DNA of 63,284 bases, counting the filler, from Octopus bimaculoides (taxonomy: Eukaryota), in the NCBI RefSeq assembly GCF_001194135.2. It is 4 parts of 4 records of this genome, joined end to end, with 100 filler letters (N's around TTAATTAATTAA, not from the genome) between each part and the next. Parts side by side here need not be neighbours in the genome. Positions count along the whole stretch, not along the records: positions 32,054 to 61,066 come from NC_068983.1; positions 61,167 to 63,284 come from NC_068985.1; 2 more parts are not named here. One strand, 5' to 3'. Positions 53,061-63,284 of this stretch are shown here, piece after piece. Each line of letters opens with the position of its first letter. Position 1 is the stretch's first letter. The notes under the pieces are model-generated. The model was given only the letters and a program-made list of their open reading frames with translations, did not search any database and was not told the DNA's origin. The position numbers and the translations under genes are program-made.

Positions 53061-54264
53061 GAAGACGAAGATGGTGATGATAATGATGATAATGATGATG
53101 GTGGTGGTGGTGATGGTGATGGTAGTGGTGATGGTGGTGGTGGTTGTGGTGATGATAATGATGATGATGATGATGATGGTGGTGCTGATGGCAGTGGTGG
53201 CGGTGGTGGTGATTTCTGTTCATAGATTCATTTTTTTTTTTTTCCGTTAGGAAGAAAAGAAACATTAAACAACAGCAATAACGCATCAACAATACAAACA
53301 ATACAAAACAACATCAACAACAAAAACAACAACAGCAACTGCAACAACAAATATACAGTGTGATTGAAGTTTGTTTTTCATTCCGTTTGGGAGTTTGAAG
53401 TCTAACCACAAAGATGCACAGTAACATACTTTCAGCAGATTTTGTTTGGGAAGAGGAGAAAAATAATTTTTGGAAGTGATATGAGAGGCCTTTACACATT
53501 ATTATTATTATTATTATTATTATTGATATTACTGTTATTATTATTATTATTATTATTATTGTTATTAACATCAGTAATTATTGTTATTATTATCATTAAT
53601 TGTTGTTATTAGTATTGTTGTTGCCTTTAAGCTACGTTGGTAGTCTCTGAGCGGAGGAATGGGCTTCTTTCTTGGAATATTTCTTTTTATTCTGTTTATT
53701 GATTAGTTGTAATTGAAAAGATCTAAAGTTGTTGCTGTTTCAATTTCTTCATTTAATAACTTTTTTTTTCCGTTTTTGTTTTTAACATTGAAAACATGCA
53801 CACGATTCCGTGAGATTTGGGAGATATTTTCTGAAAAGAAAAAAAAAAAATCAAAAAAAAAAAAGAAAGAAAAGAAAACCCCGAAAATCTTTAGGAGTTC
53901 AAGGGAACAGGATAGTGAAATTTTAGTTCCTTATTATTAATTTTTTGGTTGTTTTATTGTCTGTAAAAAAATTTAAAAAAAAACATTGAGTTTTGATGCC
54001 CGTTTCTGTAAAGATTTCAAAAAATGAAAAGAAATTTTTGAAGTTAAATAAAAAGAATTCTTTTGTTCGGGTCATTGAGTATAAGAATTTGGAAAACAAT
54101 GTTGCAAAAATGTATATCTTTGCCTATCTAACATTGTTGGAAAGTTTGTTGATGGTTAATACTGTTGGATATCAGAAACAAATAGATCAATTATTAAGAG
54201 CTCCCTCTCTACAAACATACATACATACATACGTATACACACACAAACACACACACATACATGC

Positions 54265-54603
54265 ACACTGCCTAAATACCAATCTTGAGAAATTAGGCTT
54301 CTCAAAACCAGAAAGGAGAAAGCTAATTCAAAGACTACAGATTCAATCCATCACTGGAACTGTAAACATCTGTGAAACTTTCCAGAAGTTTATCATTTAG
54401 ATATATATGAGCTACTGTATGCATAAGAATACATACATAAAACAAAACAGACAAATCTGCACATAGACATACATACGTACATACATACAAACAAAAATAC
54501 GCTGTTGTTGATGGCGAAATTGCAATGAAGGAGCCTTTGATCTAGGTTAGAAACTGGTTCTTTCTCTATTGGCATGAAATCTTGAAAGAAAACTGAACAA
54601 TGA
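54265..54603 (+). mobile_element. 5'-truncated RLE-type LINE 3' end flanked by (CATA)/(CA) repeats
   Basis: HCLNTNLEKLGFSKPERRKLIQRLQIQSITGTVNICETFQKFII* (stop 54398-54400), ~200-nt UTR, CATA repeats on both sides. Clade assignment is from recall only. Confidence 0.6.
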
Positions 54604-55166
54604 CATACATACATATATCTACACATATGTACATGCACGCATGCATATATACATACACACATACTCTTACATACATGTGCATATGACCTGGTCAGGTCCA
54701 GGTTTTGGTTCAGGTTTATTATTATTATTATTATTGTTAAGTCAAAATTAAAAGAAGAGTGCCATTTGCTATCTTGTGAACAATATTTCGACATCTCGCG
54801 TGTCTTCCACTGGTTCAAAAAATAAATTTGTCAATCTACTTCATTTTGGTTAATATAGAAAGGATTGAGGTAACTCCTCCTGAAGATATAGAGTCAAAAT
54901 TAAAAGAAGAATTGTTAGCATGTTGGACATTTCAGCTGACACTACGTTCTGAGTTCAAATTCCGCCAAGGTCGACTTTGCTGTTCATCCTTCCAGGGTCA
55001 ATAAATTAATTACCTGTGATACACTGGGGTCAATCTAATTGACTAGTCCCCTCCTCCAAACTTTGCCTCTCATCCTTTCGGGATTGCTAAAATAAGCATC
55101 AGTTATGCGCTGAGGTTAATGTAATCAAATAGTCTCCCACCCTCAAAATTTCAGCCTTTGTGACTC

Positions 55167-55211
<45 letters not shown>

Positions 55212-56329
55212 CATTATTACATATTTTGTTTCTTTTTCCAGTCTTTTACAGAGTTTTGTCTCCAAAAATTGATGTAAATGTTTTTTTTTCTTATTTTGTT
55301 ATCTAGTGACATAATACATGAGGTGGTTGGTGGGTGGAACAAAATTCTATACAATTGCAAAAAATTACCCAAAAAAAAAGACAGAAAAGAAAAAAAAGAA
55401 ACCTAGTAACAACAATAACAACATGCTGTGCTGGCTTATCCAAGATTAGGAAGTCTACTGATATAAAACCTGATTATTTAAATAGGGTGTCTGTCTCAGA
55501 AGCTCTGCTCACNNNNNNNNNNNNNNNNNNNNNNNNNNNNNNNNNNNNNNNNNNNNNNNNNNNNNNNNNNNNNNNNNNNNNNNNNNNNNNNNNNNNNNNN
55601 NNNNNNNNNNNNNNNNNNNNNNNNNNNNNNNNNNNNNNNNNNNNNNNNNNNNNNNNNNNNNNNNNNNNNNNNNNNNNNNNNNNNNNNNNNNNNNNNNNNN
55701 NNNNNNNNNNNNNNNNNNNNNNNNNNNNNNNNNNNNNNNNNNNNNNNNNNNNNNNNNNNNNNNNNNNNNNNNNNNNNNNNNNNNNNNNNNNNNNNNNNNN
55801 NNNNNNNNNNNNNNNNNNNNNNNNNNNNNNNNNNNNNNNNNNNNNNNNNNNNNNNNNNNNNNNNNNNNNNNNNNNNNNNNNNNNNNNNNNNNNNNNNNNN
55901 NNNNNNNNNNNNNNNNNNNNNNNNNNNNNNNNNNNNNNNNNNNNNNNNNNNNNNNNNNNNNNNNNNNNNNNNNNNNNNNNNNNNNNNNNNNNNNNNNNNN
56001 NNNNNNNNNNNNNNNNNNNNCACCACCACCACCACTGCCATCACTACTGCCCCCCCCCCACCACATGCCATTGAAAGAACTTATCCTGATTTCTTCAAGG
56101 CTTTTCAGTCGGATGTAAAAGAGCCTCATCTCCAAGGAATGGGATGCCATTCTGTTGAAGGGTTAACAGCCATCCCACACTGCCCAGCTGCCACCATTAC
56201 ATATTCATGGCTGAGTAGACTGCAGCAATGTGAAATGAAATACCTTGCTCAAGGCCACAAGGTGTTGCTGGAGAATCCTTGACGCAGTGGCCGGGAGAAC
56301 AGTATTCTGATAACTTAGGCATGCACCCA

Positions 56330-56407
56330 CCCTGCACACCCCTTTGCATAGATACACGCATATACATATACATACACCTGCACATGCACATTAACACATA
56401 CCTTTGC

Positions 56408-56442
<35 letters not shown>

Positions 56443-57170
56443 AACGCACACACACACACACAAATGCACACACACACACACAAACACNNNNNNNNNNACA
56501 CACAAACGCACACACACACACACAAATGCACACACACACACACAAACACACACACAAATACACACACAAACACACACACACACAAACACACACGCATACA
56601 CACATCCCCCTGCACACACCTTTGTATACACACACACATATACATACACCTGCACATCTACGTTAACACATACCTTTGCACACACGAACACACACACACA
56701 CACACACACGAACACACACACACACACGTGCACGTACACACACTTCCACGCACACACACATGCCTTCATGAACACACAACACACTTTGCATGCATATACA
56801 CACCTTTACACACACGCACATACACAACTACACACATACATACACACACCTTTGCACACACACATACGCATACATACATACATACATACATACAAATGCG
56901 CACATACAGACATTTCATGCACACACACACACATACACACTTTTGCATGCACATACACACCTTTGCACACACACACACCTTTACACATACACACAACTCT
57001 GCACAAACACATACACACACGTATATATACATAGACACACATGCACACATACACACCTTTCATGCACACACACACACACATACACACTTACACACTTACT
57101 TTTGCATGCACATACACACACACACCTTTATACATACACACAACTCTGCACACACATACACACATGCACG
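56330..57170. repeat. Long degenerate (CA)n region with higher-order ACCTTTGCACACAC units
   Basis: Directly visible; ends ~230 nt before the IFT122 acceptor. Confidence 0.9.
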
Positions 57171-57399
57171 CACCTTTTACATAATCCCCTCCCACACACC
57201 CACCCACTCACACAACCTGGCCATTCACCTTTTCACTTGCTTCCTGCCCTCTCCACCCACATTCACACATCTACATCATGCAAAGTGCTATTTACTCTTA
57301 TATTCTCAAATTCTCATCTCTAAACTCTAAACAGCAAACGCAATTTTGTCATCATTAATTATTAATTACATCTTCGTTTCCGTGTCTCTCTCTTTGTAG

Positions 57400-57479
57400 A
57401 CAGGTGAACAGAAAGTTCGTATTGAACGACCTGATGCCCACAATAACCCAATATGGGGGATCGCATGGAACCCCAGCCA
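57400..57479 (+). CDS. IFT122: Next coding exon of IFT122
   Basis: TCTCTCTCTTTGTAG acceptor and CA|GTGAGT donor. 80 nt = 26 codons + 2 nt: TGEQKVRIERPDAHNNPIWGIAWNPS. Continues in phase 0 from the previous exon and matches recalled human [26 protein letters not shown]. Confidence 0.95.
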
Positions 57480-57526
57480 GTGAGTATGTCTTTTTGGTCA
57501 TGATTTACATTTGTGCCTAAATATAT

Positions 57527-58505
57527 ACCATCATCATCATCATCGTTTAACGTCCGTTTTCCATGCTAGCATGGGTTGGACGTTTCGACTGGGCTCTGGG
57601 AAGCCAGGAGGCTGCACCAGGTTCCAGTCTGATCTGGCAGTGTTTCTACAGCTGTATGCCCTTCCTAATGCCAACCACTCCGAGAGTGTAGTGGGTGCTT
57701 TTTTTACGTGCCACCGGTACAGGGATCAGAGGGGGGGGGCTGGCATTGACCATGATCAGATAGAGATTTTTATGTGCCACCAGCATGAGAGCCACTCAAG
57801 GCGGCACTGGTATTGGCCATGTTTGAATGGTGCTTTTTACATGGCACTGGCACAGGAGCCGGTCAGGGCGAGGGGACTGGCAACCTTTAATGTCCATTGT
57901 CCATGCTGGCATGGGTTGGACGGTTTTACAGCGCTGGCATGCTGAAAGGCTGCACCAGCTCATAATCTGATTTTGCATGGTTTTCTATGGCTGAATGCCT
58001 TTCCTAATGCCAACCACTCTGAGAGTGTAATGGGTACTTTTACGTACTGCCAGGACAGGTGCCATTTGCATGACACCGGGGTGTTTTTATGTACCACTGG
58101 CACAGGTGCCATTTGCATGACACTGGGATGTTTTTACGTGCCACTTCCACAGGTGCCATTTGCATGACACTGGGGGCTTTTTACGTACCACTGGCACAGG
58201 TGCCATTTGCATGACACTGGGATGTTTTTAAGTATTACTGGCACAGGTGCCATTTGCATGACACCGGGATGTTTTTACGTGTCGCTGGCACAGGTGCCAT
58301 TTGCGTGACACCGGGATGTTTTTACGTGCCACTGGCACAGGTGCCATTTGCATGACACTGGGGTGTTTTTACGTGCCACTGGCACAGGTGCCAACTTGCA
58401 TGACGCCGTTACCTGCCACAACTGCAATTTTGCTCAGCTTGATGGGTCTTCCCATGCACAACACAATGCTAAAGGTCTCGGTCATTGCCTCAGAGAGGCC
58501 CAAGT
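57527..58505 (-). mobile_element. Two adjacent RTE 3' ends (57527-57880 and 57885-58505), the second with an expanded 47-bp array
   Basis: Two tail signatures; the reverse complement of 58410-58505 resembles the ORF end LGL.EAMT..DL.. Confidence 0.8.
58056..58402. repeat. 47-bp minisatellite, ~8 units, inside an RTE 3'UTR
   Basis: CAGGTGCCA recurs at 58056, 58103, 58150, 58197, 58244, 58291, 58338 and 58385. Unit CAGGTGCCATTTGCATGACACTGGGATGTTTTTACGTGCCACTGGCA. Confidence 0.92.
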
Positions 58506-59959
58506 GGATTGTGTAATTGGTAGAGAGAATCAATAAAACATTGCTAAGTGGTATTTTTATTATCTCCCATCATATCATATCTTTTCTATTATTATGTCTT
58601 TATTTTATATCTATATTGTTTTTCCCTGACCTAATGACTGTTGGAGCAATATTCTAATAACCCAGGCATCCACCTTGACGCACACATGTGCGCTCACACA
58701 CACACACACACCTTCACATTCACACGCCCAGACACACACCTGCTCGTGTACATTAACACATACACTAACAAACACAGATTTTCACAGACACACACACATA
58801 CACACACGCACACACACACATGTACCTTCACACACATACAAGGCCAGCAATTTTGGAGGAGAGGGGGAATAGAGGATTACATTGACTCCTGTACTTGAAT
58901 GGTACAAGGGGGTGCTGAAAATGGTATGAGGGGTAAAAGAAAATACAGGAGGATCAGTTAATTATGATTTTATTCAACATNNNNNNNNNNNNNNNNNNNN
59001 NNNNNNNNNNNNNNNNNNNNNNNNNNNNNNNNNNNNNNNNNNNNNNNNNNNNNNNNNNNNNNNNNNNNNNNNNNNNNNNNNNNNNNNNNNNNNNNNNNNN
59101 NNNNNNNNNNNNNNNNNNNNNNNNNNNNNNNNNNNNNNNNNNNNNNNNNNNNNNNNNNNNNNNNNNNNNNNNNNNNNNNNNNNNNNNNNNNNNNNNNNNN
59201 NNNNNNNNNNNNNNNNNNNNNNNNNNNNNNNNNNNNNNNNNNNNNNNNNNNNNNNNNNNNNNNNNNNNNNNNNNNNNNNNNNNNNNNNATATATATGCTT
59301 ATAAGGATATAATCAAGACAATAATTGTATCAGTGGCCTGGCACATAAAAATGACCGTATAGGAAAAATCAGTTTTTTAAAGTATATAAATGTAAAAATA
59401 TAATTATAATTAAGGGCTGCTGGAAATAAGCAGTGCCTGCACTAGAAGTAATTGTCAAATGCCTACAATCCACTCTAAGGTTGGGCTTCCTACCAGGCAT
59501 TTCACGATACCCTTAAAGCCAGGAACTTTGCAGCGTCCTCTCGCACTTATTTTAGCAACCCCAATAGGAAGAAAGGCAAACTTGACCTTGGCAGGATTTG
59601 AACTCAGAACATAATGAGTCAGAGGCAGTTCCACTAAGCATTTTGTCTAACGTACTAACGATTCCGCCAACCCACCATCAATATTGGATTGGTGGCGTTG
59701 TTGAGAGTCAAGAATTCGCCATGCTGTATTTTCATTGCTTCTTTTTACCTGATATCTTTTAGATTATTTATCATTATATCTTTACATTGTACTTTGTGAA
59801 CTACTGTAATTGGTTGAGTGAGTCAGTAAAATGCCACTATGGGGTAATTTGTTACCTATGCATTCTGAGTTCAAATCTCATCGGGGGTCAAATTCGTTAC
59901 TTTCTGTCCTTTCAGAGTTGATAAAATATGTGATAGTTAATTAGGATTAGTATTGTTAA

Positions 59960-60545
59960 TTTTCATTGACTACAGCCTTTTTTACTAACTTTGTGGCTGC
60001 ATGTGTTGTCAGTATCATTTTCATTGTCATCATCATCATCATCATCATCAGTTATTATCATGTTGTCGTCATCCTCATCATCATCATTGTTGTCATCACC
60101 ATCATTCACATTGTTGCTGACATCAGCATCATCTTCATCATCAATATTGCTGTCATCATCTTCATCATCATCATTACCATCATCATCATCTTCATCATCA
60201 TCATCATTACCATCATCATCGATGCCGGTGTCATCTTCATTATTGTTGCTTTCATCATCGTCATTGCCACTGTTGTCCTAATCATCATCATTGTTGCCAC
60301 CATCGTCATCTTCATCATCATTATTATCTTCATCATCATCTTCATCACCATTGCTGTTATCGTCATCATCTTTATCTTTGTTGCTGTTCCCACCACCATC
60401 ATCTTCACCATCATCGTTGCTATTGTCATCATCTTCATCATCATTGCCATCATCATCATCAATTTTGTTGTTATCATCATAATCATTATCATCATCACTG
60501 TCATCATCACCATCCCCATAATTACCAGCATCATCATCATTTAAC
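59960..60545. repeat. Long degenerate (CAT)n tract continuous with an RTE tail remnant at 60535-60570
   Basis: CAT-type triplets lead into CATTTAACATCTGCCTTCCATGCTAACATG. Confidence 0.85.
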
Positions 60546-61066
60546 ATCTGCCTTCCATGCTAACATGTGTGTCTGTATTAGAAATCCTGATTTGTGTCGT
60601 TTAATTTCCAGTAATTTTTTTCTTGCATCTCATTTAATTTTTTCAAAAAATATAGTTTAATTTAATTCTGCTGTGGTTAATATGACAGTTTGATGCAGTA
60701 GTTCGACTGGTTTCAAAAAGAACCTAAGAAATTCTTACTTCAAAGTCAAATGTGTTCCTAACTTTCAGTTTGGTTTTTTTTTTTCAACTAAAATGTTTTA
60801 ACTTCTGTTAACTTTGAAGTAAAATTTTCTAATTTCATTTAGAAATTTGTGTGTATGAGTACACATTACTTCACGTATGATCTGATCTACTAAAATGCTA
60901 CATGTTATTTCAAGGTGATGGCCACGCATATGTTGCACAAACTGATGCATGTGCTCAACTGAGCTAGAAAACCTAATGTGGCCATTAACTTAATAGAAGT
61001 ACCACCTGAGTCTCCCTCAAATGATACCTTATCAACACAACCACCACCACCACCACCACCACCACT

Positions 61067-61166
61067 NNNNNNNNNNNNNNNNNNNNNNNNNNNNNNNNNN
61101 NNNNNNNNNNTTAATTAATTAANNNNNNNNNNNNNNNNNNNNNNNNNNNNNNNNNNNNNNNNNNNN
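61067..61166. other. Artificial scaffold linker (44 N + TTAATTAATTAA + 44 N)
   Basis: Same 100-bp structure. Confidence 0.95.
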
Positions 61167-61481
61167 CACACACAAACACACAGACGTACTAAACACACTC
61201 AAAGTGAATGCACGTGGCTTAGTGGTTAGAGTGATGCACTCCCAATCGGAAGACCGTGGTTTCGATTCCCGCGCCTGGTGGTACGTTGTGTGCTTGATCA
61301 AAGTACCCCCACCTTTCACTGTGCTCCAGTCCACTCGGCTGGTGAACGAGTAACTCTACGACGAACTAGTTTCTCGTTCAGAGCCAATGATGTGATCTCG
61401 ATAACTGTCCCTATGAGACCTAAGACATGAGACCGCGTTTTATATAACACATACACACAAACACGAACAAACAGATGGTGT

Positions 61482-62009
61482 TAGAAATATTTACCAGGTC
61501 GTGCTGAAATGTCTCGAAATTTACCACCCAAAATGTATCCGTCTCAATGTTATGTTTGTATGGAAGGCGGCAAACTGGCAGGGTCGTTAGCACACCGGAC
61601 GAAATGCTTAGCGGTATTTCGTCTGTCTTTACGTTCTGAGTTCAAATTCCGCCGAGGTCGACTTTGCCTTTCATCNNNNNNNNNNNNNNNNNNNNNNNNN
61701 NNNNNNNNNNNNNNNNNNNNNNNNNNNNNNNNNNNNNNNNNNNNNNNNNNNNNNNNNNNNNNNNNNNNNNNNNNNNNNNNNNNNNNNNNNNNNNNNNNNN
61801 NNNNNNNNNNNNNNNTAGAAATATTTACCAGGTCGTGCTGAAATGTCTCGAAATTTACCACCCAAAAAGTATCCGTCTCAATGTTATGTTTGTATGGAAG
61901 GCGGCAAACTGGCAGGGTCGTTAGCACACCGGACGAAATGCTTAGCGGTATTTCGTCTGTCTTTACGTTCTGAGTTCAAATTCCGCCGAGGTCGACTTTG
62001 CCTTTCATC
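61482..62009. other. 194-bp near-identical duplication flanking an N gap (61482-61675 and 61816-62009); probable unmerged contig overlap
   Basis: I see one difference (CAAAATGTATCC versus CAAAAAGTATCC); both copies abut the gap. Confidence 0.75.
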
Positions 62010-63284
62010 TTTCAGGGTCGATAAAATAAGTACTAATTGCGTACCAGTACGCAACTAGTCCGCTCTAATCGACTGGCTCCCTCCCAAAAAATTTCTTGGC
62101 TTTGTGCCAAGAGTAGAAAAGAATATTATGTTTCTTATTTCTTTATCGCCCACAAGGGGCTGAACATAGAGGGGACAAACAAGGACAGACAAAGGGGTTA
62201 AGTCAATTACATCGACCCCAGTGCGTAACTTGTACTTATTTAATCGACCCCGAGAGGATGAAAGGCAAAGTCAACCTCGGCGGAATTTGAACTCAGAACG
62301 TAACGGCAGACGAAATACCGCCCGGCTATAGCAGAAGACACTTGCGCAAGGTGCCACGCAGTGGGACTGAACCGGGAACCATGTGGTTGGTAAGCAAGCG
62401 ACTTACCACACAGCCACTCCTGCGTCTATATGTATATATATATATTTTTTTTTTCTTGTTTGTATCTAGCTCAAATTTCCAAAATAAAAAACCAAAACCC
62501 AAAAACCAAAAAACTCAAGCGAAATGTAAAGCTGCACAAACAACACATTGGTTGTTAAAGAGGATAAGTGCTACCAGATGCTACAACCAACTTTTATTTT
62601 GTTATTAAATAAAATAGTATTTACTAAAATTTCATTATTGATTCTTTTATAGTTTTGTAATTTTAAAGTTAAGCGTTTATTTCTCATCATCTGCTTGTGT
62701 GTGTATGTGTGTATATGTGTTTGTATGTGTGCGTTTGTTTGTGTGTGTATGCGTGTGTGTATGTATGTGTGTATGTATGTGTGTGTATGCGTGTATGTAT
62801 GTGTATTTGTTTTTGCAGTGTGCGTTTGTTTGTGTGTGTATGCGTGTGTGTATGTATGTGTGTGTGTGTTTGCGTGTGTGTGTGTATGTGTGTATATGTT
62901 TTTGCATGTGTGCGTTTGTTTGTGTGTGTATGCGTGTGTGTATGTGTGTGTGTGCGTGTATGTGTGTGTATGCGTGTGCATGTGTGTGTGTTTATATGTG
63001 TCTGTGTTTGTGTGCGCATGTGTGTGTATGTGCGTGTGTAAGTGTGAATGTGTGTATGTATGTATGTATGTGTGTTGTAACAAAACAACAAAACTCATAA
63101 AAACATGTTCATCCGTTTCTCGTACATTACAAAAAATTTTGAAGTTATCTGTTTTCTTTGGAAAAGTACATCTACCTACTTCCTTACTCACCTACATACC
63201 CACCTACCTACTTACCTACTTACATATCTACCTACTCACCCCCCTCTCTCTCTCTCAAATAAGAATATAATATATATATATATA

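Larger units (their letters stand above)
35140..57399 (+). other. IFT122: IFT122 intron, 22,260 bp, GT-AG, phase 0
   Basis: The flanking exons encode directly adjacent residues (IRSK|TGEQK versus human IRNK|NGEEK), so no constitutive exon is needed between them. Confidence 0.88.

Noticed and set aside
56197-57330. 250-300 aa His/Thr-rich ORFs
   Set aside because: Translations of (CA)n microsatellite.
59966-60547. Ile-, Ser-, Met- or Asp-rich ORFs resembling membrane or acidic proteins
   Set aside because: Degenerate (CAT)n tract derived from an RTE tail.
60905-60965. Possible next IFT122 exon after TTATTTCAAG
   Set aside because: The required phase gives an immediate TGA and there is no similarity to the expected ILAVADW segment.

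Overview
Repeat-rich eukaryotic genomic DNA, very likely from an octopus (inferred from the tRNA-derived SINE families, RTE LINEs and dense microsatellites; not database-checked). Three identical artificial linkers (44 N + TTAATTAATTAA + 44 N at 7223-7322, 31954-32053 and 61067-61166) split the window into four joined segments. The only host coding sequence I can support is two consecutive exons of IFT122 (35006-35139 and 57400-57479, + strand), separated by a 22,260-bp intron. The rest is transposon-derived or simple repeat: a decayed Penelope-like GIY-YIG element, RTE LINE fragments, three restriction-like-endonuclease LINE fragments, several SINE families, a Tc1/mariner deletion derivative, a Helitron-like end and a 580-bp MITE with an 8-bp TSD and internal head-to-head telomeric repeats. 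The most interesting signal is a tRNA-headed SINE-like family whose tail reconstructs to a minimal type I hammerhead ribozyme; at both of its loci it occurs as a head-to-head inverted pair. Also notable: an RTE insertion with twin-priming architecture, many short-range inverted repeats in the IFT122 intron, and a CpG-decay domain whose edges match the assembly linkers. Almost all listed six-frame ORFs are microsatellite or N-gap artefacts. Repeat boundaries are approximate unless a TIR, TSD or splice site is quoted.
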